IMG/VR virus record: IMGVR_UViG_3300018004_000004
Coordinates: 1-64,000 of that record
Length of the DNA: 64,000 bases
Direction: 5' to 3' (one strand)
Part shown: in pieces, positions 58,612 through 64,000 of the stretch
How the letters are laid out: each line of letters opens with the position of its first letter
Position numbering within the stretch: position 1 is the first letter of the stretch
Notes under the pieces: model-generated
What the model saw: the letters and a program-made list of their open reading frames with translations, nothing else
Database searches by the model: none
Told to the model about the DNA's origin: nothing
Made by a program: the position numbers and the translations under genes

Positions 58612-59145
58612 ATGGTCTTAGGCATCACAGGGCATCGGCCTAATAAACTAGGTGGATACAACGATGCAACGAATCGATCGACAGCTATCAAAGCTGTCCT
58701 GAGAATGCTTTATGCTCAAGGACAGCCTAACTGTGTCGTTTCGGGCATGGCCCTGGGTGTCGACCAGTGGGCTGCGGAAGTAGCCCTCGAGATGGGAATC
58801 AAAGTTCTTGCGTTGATCCCTTGCGCAGGCCAGGATGCTATGTGGCCTGAGGAATCCAAGAAGAAGTACGCTGAGCTGCTAGCTCGTATTGCGCAGGCCA
58901 ACGGGTCTGTTGAATACGTGAGCACTCAGTCGTACAAACCTGAACTTCAGCAGATGCAGAAGCGCAATCAAGCGATTGTAGACTACTCTACGCACATATT
59001 CGCTGTCTGGGATAGGTCTTGGGGTGGAACAGGGAGTTGTGTACGTCTGGCTAAGAAGGCCTCCAGGCCAATAACTATCCTCCATCCCACCACTATGGGG
59101 CTGGTCACTCTTGAGCCACCCGATTATAAGGAGCCGGAGGTTTAA
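58612..59145 (+). CDS. SLOG/YspA (DUF1273)-like protein
   Basis: ITGHRP.KL, SGMALGVDQWAA, MQKRN..IVD, GGT..CV. Confidence 0.85.
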   Translation: MVLGITGHRPNKLGGYNDATNRSTAIKAVLRMLYAQGQPNCVVSGMALGVDQWAAEVALEMGIKVLALIPCAGQDAMWPEESKKKYAELLARIAQANGSVEYVSTQSYKPELQQMQKRNQAIVDYSTHIFAVWDRSWGGTGSCVRLAKKASRPITILHPTTMGLVTLEPPDYKEPEV

Positions 59146-59534
59146 CATGACAAAACCAGATCCTCTTTGGGTCCATGGACAATGTGATAGGATACTCTAC
59201 ACCCTCATTCGATGGGCGTGGAACTATCATAAAGGTAAGGTGTCCGCCACAGGCAAGTATTTGACGAAACCTGGGGAGTTGGGCCCGTCGCCACAAGAGA
59301 TAGATAAACCTACACGCTATGCTAATGAAATAGCTTGGCGCAAAGATGATCTGGAATGTCTTACGAAGATACTGGAAGCTAAAGTGCCTGACTGGCCTGT
59401 GACATGGGATTTCCGTACTAATCTTCCTCGGTGGAGGAACGGTATTATAACCAAAGATGGCGCTAGAGTGGTTACCATGGACCTATACTTCCAGAATCTG
59501 GTGGAGATCATTCGGCTGTTGGAGGCAATGAGAG

Positions 59535-60116
59535 ATGGCAAAACAAAAGAAAGCAGAGAAGACCTCGCTGGTATTGACCTCTCCAAATACTAAGCGCATT
59601 CTGGGCTTGGATTTGAGCTTGACTGGCACCGGGTGGGTCCTGTGGACATCGGATTACACCTGGGATTCTGGTCTCATCGACACTGATGGGATGTCCGATC
59701 TGACTCGTATGGATCACATCCTAACGGAGATCTCGAATAAGATCCCTGTCAATGAACTCAAGCAGAGTGATACTCTGGTTGTCATGGAGGACTTCTCCTT
59801 CGCAAGTAAAGGAGCGTCTCTGTTTCAGATCGCCGGCCTGGGCTTCCTCATCCGTCATTGGTTGTGGAAGCACGACGTTCAGTTCGTTCTCGTGCCGCCT
59901 ACAGTACTGAAGAAGTTCGTTGGTGGCGCCGGCAACATAGACAAGAACCTCATGCTCCTGAAGACCTACAAGCTCTGGGGTCAGGAGTTCAGTGACGACA
60001 ACATCTGTGATGCGTACGGTCTGTCTCGTATCGGCCGCGCGCTCCTGTCCTGGGATAACGATCTTACGGCTTATCAGCACGATGCTCTTAAGCAGCTAGG
60101 GAAGAGTAAAGAGTAA
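59535..60116 (+). CDS. RuvC-like Holliday junction resolvase
   Basis: ILGLDLSLTGTG, VMED, PP.VLKKF..G.GN..K, DDNICDA. Confidence 0.85.
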   Translation: MAKQKKAEKTSLVLTSPNTKRILGLDLSLTGTGWVLWTSDYTWDSGLIDTDGMSDLTRMDHILTEISNKIPVNELKQSDTLVVMEDFSFASKGASLFQIAGLGFLIRHWLWKHDVQFVLVPPTVLKKFVGGAGNIDKNLMLLKTYKLWGQEFSDDNICDAYGLSRIGRALLSWDNDLTAYQHDALKQLGKSKE

Positions 60117-60151
60117 GGTACAGCATCCTAAATGGGGATTTAGGATACTAA

Positions 60152-61288
60152 ATGCCAAATACAATCAGCATTGATAGGGCTCACTATGCGTCTAACTGGG
60201 CGCTACCAAAAGATAGTGAGTTCAACGACCTACAGGTCGTCAATCAGGCGGGAATAGACTATGCATTCATGCCTGATGGGCCCGAGAAAGAAGACAAGCT
60301 TCTCGAGCTGGTAAAGTACTTTCACGGCTATGTGTACAAGTACACTGATCTCATTGTGGCCGGGCACCTCCCGCAAATGCACTACTACAATGGGGATACA
60401 CGCCGCTTCCTTAAGTACTTTCTCCCCAAGACAGAGACTCCGGATAAACAAGCCTTCGCCAGGGTGGCAAAGCACTTGCACCTGGCATTCCCACAACACA
60501 CAGCAACGGACGTCTACGACGTTCTGAACACGTTGCTCCTTCGATGCATCAAGAAGTACGATCCGAGCTACGTCGACAAGATCAAAGAGATCGTACAGGT
60601 GATCAACAAGCTCAAGAAGAACAAGCACATTACTCTCGATCAGATCCAGAAGAAGGTCAAGTATGACCCAACTGGTTCTGTTCGATTGCTCGCGCGGAAG
60701 GGCTACATCCATGCCATCCGCGGCGCCGGCAAGAAGCTGATCGGATACCAGACCACTGAACAGTGGCCACCAAGTAAAGAGTTCCTTTCTTCAGGTCCGA
60801 TCGGCTTCGTATACTTCGTCCAGACATGGTTCCGTTACTATCTGCAGGAACACATCGATGAACAGATGAAGACTCTTGAAGCGCGCGCGTGGGAGAAGAT
60901 GCTCCAACTCGAGCATCGGACCGCGGGCGGAGAAGATATGGACTACACTGGTGATGTTCCTCATGCAGATGGTGATCTCACTGATGGTAGTGGTCATTCC
61001 TGGGCGGCTGACATGTCTATGGTAACAAAGTGTTTGGACCTGTCTGCCATCACGCCGGCTTGGGTAGAAGGTACAACAGATCCTCTATTTGCCAACATGA
61101 CCTATAGAGAAAGACATCTGATCTACTTGTACTACGTACAGGAAATGCCCTGGAAGCAGATCTCCGAGACCATGAAGATGTCAATCAACCAGGTACAACG
61201 GATCCATAACGACATTCTTCAGTTCCTGAAGTCCAAGTTTAAGGTCCCTGTGCCAACCCCAGCGCCTGCTATACTAATCAGCTCTTGA
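60152..61288 (+). CDS. Phage sigma-70-like RNA polymerase sigma factor with internal insertion
   Basis: Region 2-like LLELVKYF/IKKYDP; region 4 HTH MTYRERHLIYLYY..EMPWKQISETMKMS...V.RI. Confidence 0.72.
   Translation: MPNTISIDRAHYASNWALPKDSEFNDLQVVNQAGIDYAFMPDGPEKEDKLLELVKYFHGYVYKYTDLIVAGHLPQMHYYNGDTRRFLKYFLPKTETPDKQAFARVAKHLHLAFPQHTATDVYDVLNTLLLRCIKKYDPSYVDKIKEIVQVINKLKKNKHITLDQIQKKVKYDPTGSVRLLARKGYIHAIRGAGKKLIGYQTTEQWPPSKEFLSSGPIGFVYFVQTWFRYYLQEHIDEQMKTLEARAWEKMLQLEHRTAGGEDMDYTGDVPHADGDLTDGSGHSWAADMSMVTKCLDLSAITPAWVEGTTDPLFANMTYRERHLIYLYYVQEMPWKQISETMKMSINQVQRIHNDILQFLKSKFKVPVPTPAPAILISS
61267..61281 (+). promoter_or_regulatory. Candidate extended -10 promoter TGCTATACTAATCAG
   Basis: 14/15 identity to 49716-49730; 20 nt before ATG 61301. 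Confidence 0.55.
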
Positions 61289-61300
61289 GGACATAGCCCG

Positions 61301-62440
61301 ATGACTAACATGAAGGTAATCACCAAGAAAGTCGTCCAGATGACAGACGATCCTGCTGTCTATCTTCCTGTATCTGAGGACTCTTACCAGTATTCTGGTC
61401 CTGTTGAGTTGGCTGTGGGTTATACCGTTTCCGGAACCATTGTTGACGGCAGTACCAACCCGATCTCAGGTGTCACAGTTGCTTGCACAGGTCAAACAAG
61501 TGCAACCACAGGCGCACCTGGAACTTTCAGTTTCGGCGGCCTCACAGGCACCGTCACTGTAACACCAACCAAGACTGGCTGGACATTTGTCCCAGTCAAC
61601 ATAGTAGAGACAACTACTGATCTTGCATGCAACTTCGTTGGGACACAATCATCTTTGGCCACACCGACGTTTAGTCCTGTTGCCGGGCTGTACGCTGGAA
61701 CACAGACAGTAACTCTTACCAGTGCCAATGCAACTCATTTCTTTTATTCGGTTGATGGCACCACTCCTACTGAAGTAGGTGGTGTAGCTGGCCCAAGCAC
61801 CTTCAAAATACTGGCTGCGACTACAGTTCAAGTACCACACGGTCTTACTCTGAAAGCCCTTGCTTATGACAGCACGGCTACTTATTTGGATAGTGCTGTA
61901 GGCTCCGCGGTATACAAGATCCTCGCGATCTCTGCTATCAGCCCATCCAGCGCACAGATCGATGAAGCTGGACAGACATTACTGCTTGCTGGTGGCGTGG
62001 TCACCGGCGGCACGACCAACGTAACAGATTGGTCTTCTTCGGTCACAGGTGTTGCAACTGTTGGAGCTCACACAGGACTGGTCACAGCAGTAGCACCTGG
62101 CTTGACAGTGATAACGGCCGCATCAGATGAAGTAGGCACCCTTACCACTACAGCAACGATTCAAGTAGGTTCGGTCGCAGCAGCAGATGTCACTTTCATA
62201 TCGAACTTCTTCCTTGGTTTGATCAAAGGCGTGGCTTCACCATTTGAAGCCACTCAACAGACAGCGATCCAAACGGCGGTGGCCCACATGCAAACAGGGA
62301 CCCTGACGACGGCTGATTTGAACTTGCTACAAAGTATCTTGAACGTGCAGTACCAGCAGTTGAATACAGCAGGACCGTACCAAGCCGGCCAGTTGGCAGC
62401 AGTAAAGCAAGCCTTGGCGGACATACGATCTCTGTTATAA
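61301..62440 (+). CDS. Thr/Gly-rich Ig-like multi-domain (probable virion surface) protein
   Basis: Carboxypeptidase-regulatory-like YTVSGTI...VTPTKTGWTF; chitobiase/FN3-like ATPTFSP..YSVDGTTPT; Big_2-like WSSS..VATV..GLVTAVAPG. Confidence 0.8.
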   Translation: MTNMKVITKKVVQMTDDPAVYLPVSEDSYQYSGPVELAVGYTVSGTIVDGSTNPISGVTVACTGQTSATTGAPGTFSFGGLTGTVTVTPTKTGWTFVPVNIVETTTDLACNFVGTQSSLATPTFSPVAGLYAGTQTVTLTSANATHFFYSVDGTTPTEVGGVAGPSTFKILAATTVQVPHGLTLKALAYDSTATYLDSAVGSAVYKILAISAISPSSAQIDEAGQTLLLAGGVVTGGTTNVTDWSSSVTGVATVGAHTGLVTAVAPGLTVITAASDEVGTLTTTATIQVGSVAAADVTFISNFFLGLIKGVASPFEATQQTAIQTAVAHMQTGTLTTADLNLLQSILNVQYQQLNTAGPYQAGQLAAVKQALADIRSLL

Positions 62441-62916
62441 TAGGACTTAGGGGATAGAGGGCCCCAAGGTCCTCTCTAGACCCAGCGTAGTTAGGCCTTG
62501 GATGCCCTTCCTGGGCGCGCTGAGCGACAAAGGTCTGGAGATTGACCTTGAAGCCATCCTGCAATGGTTGGGGCCTCCCAAAGGCCCACAGTAAGGACGA
62601 GCTGATTAAGCTTGTGAAGCAGACGTTATCCTTACAGCCAGACTACTCAGTTATTGATCTGGACCTCCCCTCTAATCAACATGCCTGCCCACCTGACTCC
62701 GATCTCGGAGTCTGGTTGGATACATGGCATCTATTTGTAGACATCCTAGGCTCGAGTGATGACGCAGAAGTTGGCATTCGGGCAGCTAGGCTTTTCCTCT
62801 TTGAGATTAGCACAAAGTGTGCTAGTATGTTATTCAGTGCCGATGCTAGTAAGCCGCCTCTGGATCAGTTTGGCTCGCCAGGCAAGTGCCTAGAGCTGCT
62901 GTTCAATGAGAGCTCG

Positions 62917-62928
62917 TGTTATACTAAT
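62917..62928 (+). promoter_or_regulatory. Candidate extended -10 promoter TGTTATACTAAT
   Basis: Third copy of motif, about 100 nt upstream of ATG 63026. Confidence 0.45.
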
Positions 62929-63025
62929 ATCAGGCCCATTGCTATTTACAAGGGTCGAAAAGTTTACCTGGGCACGGAGCCCTCATCAACAAAGTCTTAC
63001 ATTCCTTAAGGAGGAACGAGATCAA

Positions 63026-63247
63026 ATGATTACTTTAGGAGTTTTCGTAGCAGTAGCAGTTGCAGAGCTCGCAGTATTCTGCGGCGGTTTCTACGCTGGT
63101 GTGAAGTTGGGCATCGGTGAGCCGGAGAAGCTGTTGGCCGAACTTAAGAACGATGTTCTCGTTCTTCATACCAAGGCTACGGCAGATGTCGAAGTTGCCA
63201 AGACTTGGGTTCTCGCTGAGGTCGCAAAGATCAAGGCAAAGTTGTAA
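63026..63247 (+). CDS. Small membrane protein
   Basis: AAGGAGG SD; N-terminal TM helix and amphipathic tail. Confidence 0.7.
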   Translation: MITLGVFVAVAVAELAVFCGGFYAGVKLGIGEPEKLLAELKNDVLVLHTKATADVEVAKTWVLAEVAKIKAKL

Positions 63248-63256
63248 ATCGTAATC

Positions 63257-63595
63257 CCCTCCAGCAGGCGCTCCCGCCTGTCGATGGAGGGAAATGGCCG
63301 CGACCTTAAGACGCGGCAACAGTGGAGCAGCGTAGAGGTCATTCCTCTCTGTGAACCACTCGAAATGAACGTGGCGGAATAGTTCGTCCTAGCTATACAA
63401 TAACGTCGGCAAGGCCCGGGCGGTAGCCTTAAAAAGCGCTGTCCGGTTGAATCAGGGCCGGGGTCAAGGCTGGGGGAAGTAAACGCGCGGGGATAAAGCG
63501 GGCTGGCCTTATGGTCAGTACTCATCGGAACCCGTGACCGTCGGTTGAGAAAAGGTCATTGCGTGGTGGAGACGGGAATCCACGCCGTTCATTTC
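63257..63595 (+). ncRNA. Candidate large structured ncRNA upstream of tRNA
   Basis: Three 5' hairpins, then a 234-nt domain closed by GAAATGAACG/CGTTCATTTC containing a possible pseudoknot AGCCTT/AAGGCT. Confidence 0.55.
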
Positions 63596-63609
63596 ATTTC
63601 ATTTTCTGT

Positions 63610-63698
63610 TGCGGGGTCGACTAGTCAGGCCGATGTCGCCAGTCTCATAAACTGGAACCGAAAGGGCACCGTGGGTTCGAATCCCACCTCCGCTACCA
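63610..63698 (+). tRNA. tRNA with CAT anticodon (Met or Ile2), long variable arm, U1:U72 mismatch
   Basis: TGCGGGG/CTCCGCT-A-CCA; anticodon arm CCAGT-CTCATAA-ACTGG; T-arm GTGGG-TTCGAAT-CCCAC. Confidence 0.85.
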
Positions 63699-63712
63699 TC
63701 TTAGTTGTAAGC

Positions 63713-63785
63713 CTAGGGGTAGCTTAAGATCGAAAGCCCCGGATAGTACCGGGAGATACCGGACCGAGACCGGGCCCCTAAACCT
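63713..63785 (+). ncRNA. Degenerate tRNA-like cloverleaf
   Basis: CTAGGGG/CCCCTAA, TA, D-stem GCTT/AAGC, CCCGG-ATAGTA-CCGGG, CCGG-ACCGAGA-CCGG; ends ACCT. Confidence 0.5.
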
Positions 63786-63799
63786 TTAAGGAGACGACC

Positions 63800-63997
63800 A
63801 TGAAACGAGTCGCAACTGTAGTTGCTAATGATGGAAACACACGTACGAAAATCACGATCGAAGTGAACAACAAGGGACGTGATTTGACGCGCGACGAAGT
63901 GAAGCATGTAGTTGATCGCCTCACTGGTGACGTCTTCGCCGCGGTACAGAAGACTCCATACAGCAACTATCCCGTCACCGAAATCAAGGTGAAATAA
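63800..63997 (+). CDS. Hypothetical protein
   Basis: AAGGAG SD. Confidence 0.7.
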   Translation: MKRVATVVANDGNTRTKITIEVNNKGRDLTRDEVKHVVDRLTGDVFAAVQKTPYSNYPVTEIKVK

Positions 63998-64000
63998 GTT

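Noticed and set aside
63362-63595. tmRNA
   Set aside because: No G3:U70 alanine acceptor, no TTCGA T-loop or CCA, and no internal frame ending in an LAA-like or tag-like peptide.

Overview
This 64 kb window looks like the replication, recombination and nucleotide-metabolism arm of a large (probably jumbo-class) dsDNA bacteriophage. Essentially all credible genes are on the + strand, tightly packed with ATGA/TAATG/TGATG overlaps. Recognisable genes: DnaX-like clamp loader, DnaN-like sliding clamp, a family A DNA polymerase split into two genes, primase-helicase fusion, SSB, Rad52-like annealase, RecA, RuvC-like resolvase, Cas4-like nuclease, SNF2-like helicase, family-4 UDG, HU, sigma-70-like factor, ClpP, an AAA+/DUF1257/DUF2997 module, TPR-glycosyltransferase, dUTPase, Tmk, dCMP deaminase, ThyX and class II RNR. 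There is one atypical tRNA(CAT), two degenerate tRNA-like cloverleaves and several structured non-coding segments. The most striking unexplained signal is a shared C-terminal hexapeptide (about I-E-[D/E]-R-[D/E]-V-stop) ending at least ten unrelated proteins, five of them consecutive and starting with the AAA+ ATPase. It is encoded with all six Arg codons, which suggests a protein-level sorting, docking or degradation tag. Other candidates: the intein-less split PolA, a set of translationally coupled Trp/Arg-rich micro-ORFs, and a diverged double-repeat protein family. All calls come from reading motifs by eye; no searches were run.
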